The position numbers and the translations under genes were made by a program. Shown here one piece after another: positions 46,485-56,300 of a DNA stretch of 64,000 nucleotides. This DNA comes from a virus (taxonomy: Duplodnaviria > Caudoviricetes). How positions within the stretch are numbered: the stretch's first letter is position 1; every line of letters begins with the position of its first letter. The DNA is taken from positions 1 to 64,000 of the IMG/VR virus record IMGVR_UViG_3300021400_000379. One strand, written 5' to 3'. The notes below the pieces were generated by a model. It was not told where the DNA came from and searched no databases. It saw only the letters and a program-made list of their open reading frames with translations.

Positions 46485-47324
46485 TTAATCTACCTCCATC
46501 AGGGACACTATCGTACTCGTTATCGTCGGTACGGTCGCACTGATTGTATTGCCTGTAATCGTGATATTCGTTCCTGCTGTAAGCACAGGGGTCTTGAACA
46601 CTACCGACTTGCCACCAGCAGTAAGTGTGTATGCCGTGTTATGTGCAAGGTTGACTGTGGCAGTACCGCCTGAGGCCAGAGATATATCATGAGTATGTCC
46701 TGCTGTTGCATAGGCAGTACTTGCAGTATATGCTGCAGAGCCGAGTCCTTTCACATCCACATTCGTACCAGCGATTTTCACCTGTCCGTTAGAATCACCT
46801 GTGGCGAGAGTTATAGCGTGTTTATGGTCTTTTCTGGCGTAACTTGTACTAGTTCCTGATGCACCCGTACCATTGCTGTTATATATGATTGCCAGGGCAT
46901 TATCGGACGATGCATATGACTCATCAACTACTTTCTTGCTGCCCTCATTCTGATAGAAGAATCCGTCGATCTGTACGGACATCTGCCCGCCCTTGGATGC
47001 GATGGCCAAATCTGACCCCTGATCACCATGAATACCTGCAACATGTGCATACCCATTCGCGGATTTTAACGTACCCCAGTTAGAGATTGCGGTATTATTG
47101 GTTGCACCGTTGTACAATTTGATGTAGGCTGTATCATGATCATGATTTGCTGCGGCTTTACCATCCAGTGTGGTCTGAAGATTGGTAACATCAGAGATTG
47201 CGTGAGTGTGTCCTTTCAGAGCATATGTATCCGCGATGACCTTTCCGCTGCCGTCCCTAATCGCACTCTCGACTTGTACGGGTTTGCCATCGTATGTGAC
47301 CTTCCTAGCTTCCGTATTAACCAC
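46485..47324 (-). CDS. tail fibre protein
   Basis: HTHAISDVTNLQTTLDGKA fibre repeat; GTG start after GGTGA. Confidence 0.75.
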   Translation of the reverse strand: MVNTEARKVTYDGKPVQVESAIRDGSGKVIADTYALKGHTHAISDVTNLQTTLDGKAAANHDHDTAYIKLYNGATNNTAISNWGTLKSANGYAHVAGIHGDQGSDLAIASKGGQMSVQIDGFFYQNEGSKKVVDESYASSDNALAIIYNSNGTGASGTSTSYARKDHKHAITLATGDSNGQVKIAGTNVDVKGLGSAAYTASTAYATAGHTHDISLASGGTATVNLAHNTAYTLTAGGKSVVFKTPVLTAGTNITITGNTISATVPTITSTIVSLMEVD

Positions 47325-47328
47325 AGTA

Positions 47329-47655
47329 TCACCATGCCGTAATATGGCACGTCCAAGTCTGATTTGCAACGGTGCCTATCAGATTATATGTTATTTGCGT
47401 AGATGTCATTGTGATGTCGGCGCCAACCTCGTTGCCATCGGCATCGAAGATCTGTATGATGCGCGGCGTCTTCCCGCCTAATCCCAAGTCAGCAACCATC
47501 ACATTCCCAGATGTCGTGGTTGCAGTTGTGGTTATAGTGAACTCCGCATGTCTTGTGTAGGTAGTGTTAATCTGCAGACCAGTCCCGTCACGGATGGCTG
47601 ACTCCACCTGCACAGGTTTGTTATCATATGTAATCTTCCTAGCTTCCGTAGCCAT
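47329..47655 (-). CDS. small fibre-associated protein
   Basis: VQVESAIRDG motif. Confidence 0.65.
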   Translation of the reverse strand: MATEARKITYDNKPVQVESAIRDGTGLQINTTYTRHAEFTITTTATTTSGNVMVADLGLGGKTPRIIQIFDADGNEVGADITMTSTQITYNLIGTVANQTWTCHITAW

Positions 47656-47659
47656 GGTA

Positions 47660-49291
47660 TCACATATCCGCGAGAGTCACGTTGGTCGCTGCAATCAGAG
47701 GAGAGGTTATCGTGATCTTACCATTCGCGTCACACTTAACCGTGGTCCCGCCTGATCCTACAATATTATGAGAATTGCGGACTGTGTTATCTTCAATAAG
47801 ATTAAGGAATATGCTATTGGTTGTTGTATTTGCCGCATTGCTCGTGGAATTATTCGCGGGACCCGTGATCAGATTCGCGGTGTAATGGGTATTGTCGCTT
47901 GCAGGGATTGTCACAGTCTTCGTGCTTGCCGCAGTAAGACGACCTTGTGCATCAACGGTGAAATATGGTACATTGAACGTCTTGCCGTACCCGGGAGTGG
48001 CATTGGCAGATGGGCCGTAGCTTCCAGCTGTGACGGCTGTATTAGCCAGACCAATGGTTCCTGACCTTGTGATAGCATCACCATTACTACCTGGGTTGAG
48101 ATTGGTGGTAGTGAGGCCAGTCCCGGGAGTGACTGTAGTCACAGTACCGCTGGGTTCATCACCTGAAGGGACGACCGTCCACGCGGAACCATTAGAGATG
48201 AGTGTGTCCCCTACCTTATACGCGGGGTATACGGGGTTCGTACTAGATGCATGTGCTGTAATGGCCTTGTACGTGAATCCCTCGTTGGCCGCAGCGGCCG
48301 CAGGGAGTGTGGTAATCGTTCCACCCTCACCAACGGTACCCTTGAACAACATGGGCTCAGGGAGGTTATCAATGGCTGTTTTAACGAATTTGGTTGTAGC
48401 AATCTGGTCAGTATTCGTTCCCGCAGCCGCGGTAGGTGCCGTAGGTGTGCCAGTTAATGCAGGAGAGTTCAATTTTGCATATGTTGTCTTGATCGCATTC
48501 CCATCTACATCCTGTGTGGCCTTGGTTGCAGAGGTTGCATTTCCTGAAAGCGACGCCTTGATCGTGGCAGGGAGTTTCAGCGTAAAGTTGGCAGATCCGT
48601 CGATACTGTTCGTTGCCTGTGTATTGGTACCGTCATTGTCTGATATGGTGATATTCCGGGCAGTACCCCATTTCGAAGTCGTTATGTCTGCAGACCCGTC
48701 AAAGCTAGTTCCATTGATTGATCTAGCCGTAGCTAAGGTAGTGGCGGTAGCGGAATTACCAGAACACGCACCAGAAGTTATGGCAGATTGGTTTACCCAT
48801 ACACCCTGACCGCTTCCGTCGGATTTCCACAACTGACCGTTCGTACCTGCCGAAGTAGGAGGGTAGATCGTCACTTTATCGATACTGATGACGCGTCCAT
48901 AGGTGTCTACCTTGACCTTTGGTACCTCTGTGGCTGACCCAACCACTGTAGTTCCGATCGTTATACCTGTACCAGCAGTCACAACCCCGCTTTTCTGTTT
49001 GAATTGCGTTCCGTCAAGAACTATGGTGGTACCATCGGCTGTGTAGACCTTACCTGTGATAGCAAAATCATCATTATCCGATGGAGAGTCGACTTTACAT
49101 AGGTACACTAGCCCATTATTTGTCAGGACAAGGGATCCCTTATAGTAAGTTGTTCCCGATACATAGGGGGTGGCACTAGCCACTACTATAGGGTTAAAGG
49201 TACTGTATTTAACAACATCATCGGCGTTAGTACCCTGTGCTGCCTTCTGGGTTATCTTTCCGTGTACATTAAGGTTTGAATACTGCTCCAT
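47660..49291 (-). CDS. tail fibre protein
   Basis: LATARSINGTSFDGSADIT, SPALTGTPTAPTAAAGTN..QIATT, VDAQGRLT fibre motifs. Confidence 0.8.
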   Translation of the reverse strand: MEQYSNLNVHGKITQKAAQGTNADDVVKYSTFNPIVVASATPYVSGTTYYKGSLVLTNNGLVYLCKVDSPSDNDDFAITGKVYTADGTTIVLDGTQFKQKSGVVTAGTGITIGTTVVGSATEVPKVKVDTYGRVISIDKVTIYPPTSAGTNGQLWKSDGSGQGVWVNQSAITSGACSGNSATATTLATARSINGTSFDGSADITTSKWGTARNITISDNDGTNTQATNSIDGSANFTLKLPATIKASLSGNATSATKATQDVDGNAIKTTYAKLNSPALTGTPTAPTAAAGTNTDQIATTKFVKTAIDNLPEPMLFKGTVGEGGTITTLPAAAAANEGFTYKAITAHASSTNPVYPAYKVGDTLISNGSAWTVVPSGDEPSGTVTTVTPGTGLTTTNLNPGSNGDAITRSGTIGLANTAVTAGSYGPSANATPGYGKTFNVPYFTVDAQGRLTAASTKTVTIPASDNTHYTANLITGPANNSTSNAANTTTNSIFLNLIEDNTVRNSHNIVGSGGTTVKCDANGKITITSPLIAATNVTLADM

Positions 49292-49302
49292 GTTATCACC
49301 AT

Positions 49303-49653
49303 TCAGATCAGAGACCTCACAAGCAACTCCAGATCTTCGCCACCCTCGGGGAGCTCTATGAAGGAGATTACTATCTGTGTAGCCGTGACTGTTATATCCG
49401 CTTCTATCCTCTCGAGGGTCTCGAGCCCTGCGGGATTCTCCGGAGGATGGACCACGTATAGGGACACTGCGACAGGTGCATTATGCAGGCCGTGCGAGAT
49501 CACAAGATGTTTATTGCCTGCTGGCCTGGCCCTGATATCTATCTTCTTAGGGTAGGTCGTAGCGATCCTGTATCCATCTCCGTCACGGATCGCAGAATCG
49601 ACCTGTATCTTGTTATCACCATGTGTGAAATATTCGTACGCAGCGTCAGTCAC
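49303..49653 (-). CDS. small fibre-associated protein
   Basis: IQVDSAIRDG motif; ISHGL..P.V. Confidence 0.65.
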   Translation of the reverse strand: MTDAAYEYFTHGDNKIQVDSAIRDGDGYRIATTYPKKIDIRARPAGNKHLVISHGLHNAPVAVSLYVVHPPENPAGLETLERIEADITVTATQIVISFIELPEGGEDLELLVRSLI

Positions 49654-50401
49654 TATAGCTCACCTCTGCTTCATAATATTCGCGTTCATCTATATCAAAA
49701 GGTACGGAGAAATTCCCGGACATCGCATACCAGACCTTCTGTCCGTCTTTGATATAGAGTTTATACCATGCGCCTGTGTCAAGCGCGACCGCTGTGTCTC
49801 CTGATTCTGCGTCGCCCGTATACTCTGGATTATTCAGGTCCGCCTCGGTAGGCACCTCGAAATGGTCCTCCGCAAGGTCGCTGAGTCCGATACTGAAGAC
49901 TGAATCATCCACACGGGTGAATGTGAATGTGGATGTACTGTCATCATATGACACGTCCTTGATGACGCTGGATACCGCGGGCAGCTCGACCGCAAGTCCC
50001 TCCCTGATCAGTAACGCATCGATGAAGGAGTGAGGCATTTGCAGGGTGTCCAACGCAGATTGCTCGATTATGAGCTCTGGGTCCTCCCCGTCTACCGTGA
50101 ATGCGAGAACATAGCGGAGTTTGTTCTGGGTCGCACGCCTGGATACCGCATACGGTATAGGGAATGTATATCCGTTGAAGGCGGGGCGGGTGACGGGGGA
50201 GAAATAGATCCTCTTCCCTCTATCATCGAAGACATCGAATACGATGAATGGGACACGACCGTCCAAATACCCCTGCTGGGTATATGTGAAATGCAAAATC
50301 ACGGAGCTCTCGTCCTCGGTCGTTCCGCCAGCGCCTCCGGGAGATTTAATACTCAATTTCCTGGTCTGGGGGTCGTATTCCCTGAAGATATGTGTGGTCA
50401 T
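49646..50401 (-). CDS. BppU-like baseplate or fibre adaptor
   Basis: N-terminal domain paralogous to 50398..50877. Confidence 0.5.
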   Translation of the reverse strand: MTTHIFREYDPQTRKLSIKSPGGAGGTTEDESSVILHFTYTQQGYLDGRVPFIVFDVFDDRGKRIYFSPVTRPAFNGYTFPIPYAVSRRATQNKLRYVLAFTVDGEDPELIIEQSALDTLQMPHSFIDALLIREGLAVELPAVSSVIKDVSYDDSTSTFTFTRVDDSVFSIGLSDLAEDHFEVPTEADLNNPEYTGDAESGDTAVALDTGAWYKLYIKDGQKVWYAMSGNFSVPFDIDEREYYEAEVSYSD

Positions 50402-50877
50402 GCTCCGCCTCCGGCCTGATCCTCCAAAGCCGTGACCCTCGCCTCCAAATCGGCCAGGGTCTGCCTGAGTGCAGTCAGTTCGACAGCTGCTGGCACAGGG
50501 CTATCGGCCATACCTTGTGGATCTTGGATGGACCGTGAGAACTGTGCAACGTCGATCACGCTCTGTTCGACATAATTGAGATTGGTCTTGCCGATGAGTA
50601 TGAGCTGGTACTCAAGCTTATTCTGGGTCACCTTCGAGGTCACCTCGTAAGGTAATGCGATGGAGCAGGAGCTGAAATCGTACCAATATGGCTCATATGT
50701 CTCGGGATCGAGCACATTGAACGCGATGAACGCGTCCTTATCGTCCAAATACCCCTGCGGGAAGTCTACGATCAGGACTGTGGACTCGGAGTCGTTCACC
50801 ACTCCTCCTGTGTTGCCTGATTTGGCTCTGAAATCCCTCGTCTGGGGGATGTATTCGCGACGGATTACGGTCGACAT
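50398..50877 (-). CDS. BppU-like adaptor with C-terminal coiled coil
   Basis: REY.PQTR...GG....S..L...QGYLD; LEARVTALE. Confidence 0.5.
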   Translation of the reverse strand: MSTVIRREYIPQTRDFRAKSGNTGGVVNDSESTVLIVDFPQGYLDDKDAFIAFNVLDPETYEPYWYDFSSCSIALPYEVTSKVTQNKLEYQLILIGKTNLNYVEQSVIDVAQFSRSIQDPQGMADSPVPAAVELTALRQTLADLEARVTALEDQAGGGA

Positions 50878-50929
50878 GTGCTCACGATAGTCACATATCT
50901 CAACCGAGGTTATTAAATGCTCTCCTTTC

Positions 50930-53344
50930 TCAGCTATTATTGAGCTGCGAGACAGTATTGGCCAAATCGAGCTGTTTGCTGATACCGAATGAGTATTTTG
51001 TACGCCCAGAGGGGTATTCTCTTGAATATTTTGACAGTGCCAGCTTCTGCGGATAGTATCTGCTGGGGAATTTCAGCCCCATCGCGGATACTGCGAGGTC
51101 CTGTTCGATATCGGTGAACTGTTTGACCGAGCTTACCGCGGGGAACAGCGCAGACCAGTAAGAATCAGGGCTGGTCTCGCCGTATGACCCGGAATTACGC
51201 TCGTTCGCGGTGAATGAGACCGATGTTCTGGTCTCTCCCCAATAGGCGAGCACCATATACAGCACCTTTCTGGCATAATACTCGGGCAGGACTGCGAAAT
51301 ACTGTGTCAGGTCAAGAGTATACAGCCCAGGGCCTTCCCCGATATCCTTGATGGACTGCTCAGCCATGTCGCGGATGCTCGCATACTCGGGATTTTCCGA
51401 AGATACGGAGTATTTTACGCATGGGCCGTCTCCCGAAAGGGGAGAGATCCATTCTCCGATGATAGGGTCGCTCAGGTCGTCCGCTTTATACCTGCCGAAC
51501 TAGATCGTACGGGTCTTGACGGCCTTTTCCAGGCTCGTATATACGTTATATTTCACCGCGACCGTGTTATATGTCGTGGTAGAACCCTGTGCGTCCTGAG
51601 ATACAGTCCCGTAAACCCTTCCCATCAGACGGTCATATGTACGTTCGCTGTGCAACTCGACGGAATCCAGAGTAGCCCTCCAGTCCTCGGGGCTCATTTC
51701 AATTGCCTGGATGTTTCCCATCGCCTCGTCCCACCCGAATGATGGGTTGCTGCCCATATCAAGACCTGATCTCACGATGAGCCTGTTGAACGCTGTCCTC
51801 TTACGCTCGTCAGACCAGTCCTCGGATGCGGTACTGGGTATGTTCTCTGGCACTTCATCTGCCAATTTGGTATAATCTATGATATAAGCCCTGCTGTTCG
51901 CGAAGAATATGCGTGCGTTGCATATCATCGCGCATATCTGGAGGGTCGTCCAGATGTTCGCCCCCTTGATTATGGGGATGAACTCATCATGTGCGCTACC
52001 GAGCACGTCTAGAGTCATATCCTTCACGACGTCCTCATCGGTATGGATTGGTGCAGACCTGACCGCATTCACGGAAATCTTCGACACGTCCACGTTGGAT
52101 ATGATCTGGTAAGGCAAGTAATAGTACCGTGAGTACAGCCCCGTACCGATGATATCCAGGATCATCGACAGCGGATCGGTCCAAGTGATGTTTGACGTGA
52201 ATTTCATACCGCGGATTTCGCTGATTCCGCAATATGCGATCATATCGTAGGAATTATCCCGCAGGGCACACTCAGTCACGATATATTCCCCCCTGCCTAC
52301 GGCATTTATCTGCAGCTTGCTCTCACCGGGCTGGATTATCGCGATTACCTTATCAGTCTGCATGTTCACATTCCCAGCCAGTTCGGGATATGTTCTCATG
52401 AATGCCCTTTTGGATAATTTTAGGGACACGTGCTCAAAAGGCTCCTCCAGTCCGCCGGTCATTGTATATGAGCTCACCAAGTCAAGACCCATATACCCTC
52501 CGTGCGAGGGGTCTGGTTGACCCTGTCTCGACCCGATGGTCAACGCGTATTCGGGAGTCTGTATCAGCACCCCGTTCAACTTCTTGACCGCCCTGACCTT
52601 GATGGACGTGTCCCTGGTGAAATACCACTCGTTATACTCGTTATACGCATTGTAACAGCTTGCGGTATTCAGATTGTCATAGATGGGGATATATCTGAGG
52701 GCGGGGTTCTTCTCATATAGCTCCCTAGGAATTGCCTCATACTCTCCGTCTATGTGAGTGAAGAGCACACTATCCTCGTGCCCCTCGGACAGTTTCTCGG
52801 TCAGCCTGCCGCCTACCACTACGACCATGGACCCCGTGAGGTATTCCGAGTCTCCGCAGTTCAAGTCGATCTCCACTTCTTGTACGAAGATGTTCACCGC
52901 ATGGCTGGAAGGTAACATCAGAGTTTGAGGGATGAATGTCTCTGTATCCTTTGTGATGTCCTCTGCATTCTTGGTATTGATGAACATGGTGTAACCGTCG
53001 GTCTTGATCTGCCACCTGTTTGCCAAGGACATGAGCGCGTCGCACCATTTGGCATTAGTCCATTTCCAAGAGGTCTTATCATAGTCGTCATCGTACACAT
53101 AGGTCATATATGTGCCGTTAGGCAACTTTTTCAAGGGGTTCTTGCGGGCAAATGTGAATGTATAACTGTTCGAGGTGTTGGATTCCAGCGCGTATGTCGA
53201 ATCTGTAGGCAGATTAGGGATGGGGATTGCGGTAATAGCCTTGTTCAGTGTGTCTGTAATCCCTGTCACTATCCCCAGATCATACATCGTTCCTGAATTC
53301 GTGCTGAAGCCCGTCCTTATCTGGATTAGTCCATATTCATCCAT
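50930..53344 (-). CDS. tail or baseplate protein, 804 aa by read-through of TAG at codon 615
   Basis: Track ORFs 51500..53368 and 50930..51367 are in frame and joined by 44 stop-free codons after the TAG at 51500-51502. Confidence 0.75.
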
Positions 53345-53348
53345 ATAT

Positions 53349-56300
53349 TCACCCGTTGTTAATGACATCTCCGAGGAATTCTATAATTATTACTCCGTCT
53401 GCTCCAGCTCCACCAGGCGTGGTATATGTGCAAGCCCCATAATCTAAGGCCTTGTGAACATAATTCACTGTATAATTCACAGTGTTAGTCACAACGCCTA
53501 GTGCCGCCTTCCATGTGTTTATATTGAACGCATTAATTATGGCGCCCCCTGGGGAAAATGCATGCATCTGTTGTTCTATCGGTACTTTGACTACCTCCAC
53601 CATTTCTTTGATGTTCAGGTCATAATCCTGCCACCTGAGCTTAGAGCATCCGCCTCCGCCGTACCTTGCGTTGCCTGCAGAGGAGGTTACAGTACATGTC
53701 GGGTCCTTGGTAGAGGTGGCTGTTTGACTTAAGATGCACCCCCCGAGACTTCTGATGAGCTTCGCCTGAGCTTGCCTGCCGGAGAATTCTGCGTCGCCTG
53801 TCGCAGACCTGCCAGAAACGACCCAGATATTGGAGCTGGCCCGATAATGCCTATTAATGTTCGCCGCAGCTCCCCCAGAACTCGGATATACAACAGGATT
53901 GTTGTTCGGGTATGCCCCGTATCCCATACCTCCCCTGATAGAGTCGGGATCAGCCTCGCCCGTAGAGCTGTTCTTCGATAATTCTCCATCTGTGGGGGAC
54001 CCCTGGGACCCTTTGATGGCCTCTCCCGAGTCCCATCTGAGGTCCACATCCTTGCTGGTGGAGTTCTCCCCTCCGTTATAGGCTCCTGTACCTCTTTTAT
54101 CTCTGCCACCGGCCTCTCCGCCTCCGGCACTGACGATTAATGCACTGCCATATCTGATTTCAGAGCTCTCACCATTGATTTCCGACGCTCCGCCCGCACC
54201 CAAGGTCAACGAGAATTCCCTGATACCCTCTTTGGAGATATGCACGGTCCTGGCAACGGTAAATCCGCTTCCGCCGCCCCCGCCGACCATGAATGACGCG
54301 AGCTTGAACCTTATAATGTCATTCCCGCCAGTGATTTTCTCACCTGTGGCATAGCTGGAGCCGCCACCTCCGCCTCCGCCTACGGCGATACATTTAGCAT
54401 ATGCGTGGGTGTTTCCCTCCAATATCGTATTCCACAAGGTATCATGAGGGATTCTGACCTCGTAGGATCCGTTCACGGGGGCCTCGAAGACTACTACACC
54501 CAAGACCCGCCTGTATTTTATCGTGAACACCTGAGTGGAATCGATGTCTTGACCCTCCTCCTTGATGGTTTGCAGAGTAATCGGAAGCTCATCCCCGGGA
54601 TAGGCATACCTTGTCACGGTCTTCTTCTCCATCACGGTAGACCCTTCCGACACGGGCGCACTCTCTTCTACGGTATATGCCCAGCATGCGGGCTCAGTAC
54701 CCTCTTCTTGGAGCACGTCCTCAGGGAACTGGGGGGCGATATAGACCCCATTGTAGGTTTCAAGCGTGATTCCTTTAACTTGTCCATCACGGTTGACATA
54801 TCTGAATACGATCGACTGCTTCTTGATTGCGTTCCTTCCGCGCATGGATGCGACGGTAAACTGGAGGGTAAGTGTTACGCCTGCCCTGTTATATGGATAC
54901 TGGAGCGGTGCAGAGAGGAACACGTTCTTATCGATCTTGGGGTACCCGTTATAGGATATGAGCGGGTCGAGGATGAGATTGTACCCTCCGCTCCTTTCCT
55001 CCTTGACGTCGTAGTTGGAATTCTGCCACTGGTCGAAGAAGGTCTTGACATATTTCACCCATTTGTTCGTCGACCAATCCGCGGGATTATGGCTCCTGTC
55101 ATTAGGTTTGGCAGGTGGGGTGCGGGTGACGGTGATTATGCATGTCTCCAAATTACCCAGATCTATGATATAGTTGAACTCCGAGGATTTTGTGAGCATC
55201 GGCGATTGATTCAGCTGCACCCTCACCTTTCTGCGGACGTTGGTGATTGCCAGGTTAGGCTGGGTCTCCGTGGACAGGTATAACTTCTGCATATCCTCCT
55301 TGTGTTTCGTAGGATATTTGGTCACTACACACAGCGGGGCAAGGGGCAGTTCATCCAATATCTTCAGCAGGAGCACATTGTGCTTCTCCTTCGGACTCTC
55401 GCCTTGTACCGCCTCTGGGTATGTGACGAAATCCACCGCATAGAGTCCTTCATCAGCCCTTTCGGACACGAATGTTGCCCCGAATGTCTCCACCGACACA
55501 TACTGAGTCGTAGCACCCTGCACTCTTGCCTCGAAGTGTTGGGTCTGTTTGCCCGTGGCCGCCAGCCATGACGCATATATCTCGTTGAATATCCAGTATC
55601 CGCTGGAATCCGTCACGAGCTTATACGTTCTGATCTCGGCAGGCTTCTGGGGGAGCCTCATATCCAGAGTATGCGCATATTTGTTAGATAATACAATCCA
55701 GTTTCCTGTATTGTCCATGTCCGAGCGGACCTGGGTATAACTTGCGTCCAATATGCTGACTCCCTTGGTCTCGGTAAGGGATGGCGTGAGCAGGGTATAA
55801 TCTGGGTTGGTCGGGTCCACATATATCCTGACTGTCTCTCCAGGAGTAAGTGTCAGGGTGACCTGTGTCTCACCAGATCCATTGATTGGTATCAACTCCG
55901 ACGAAGGATCGGACGGGTTGCTGAACCTGTACATGAGTCCAGTAACGTAACCCACTCCCGCCTGGAATATCACTTTCGGGAACTGGGAGAAGGGAATCGT
56001 CACATCCAGCGACTCGCCGGGAATCACAAACGACTTGGCCCATAACGGATTCGCAATAGCCATCACATACAGCTCCACGGTCGCTTGGTTCCCGTAGGGG
56101 ATCGCCAGGTCGGTGACATGAGAGATAACATTGTCCTGGGTATTGAACGCGATTGCTCTCACGGTGTCGGTAGTCTGGTCAATCCAACTGACCGCGGGAG
56201 TGATATCCAAGTACTCGTAGGTCTCATGGTCCTCGGTCTCCCACGCTACCGGGCCGATACAGCTATATTCTGTGCTGGCCCAAGCCCATTCAAGGTTCTT

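Noticed and set aside
6389-51502. TAG=Gln recoding, or five independent pseudogenes
   Set aside because: Disfavoured, not excluded. TAG is too rare for a Gln codon and no suppressor tRNA is present. Random nonsense mutations would not all be TAG while no intact gene ends in TAG
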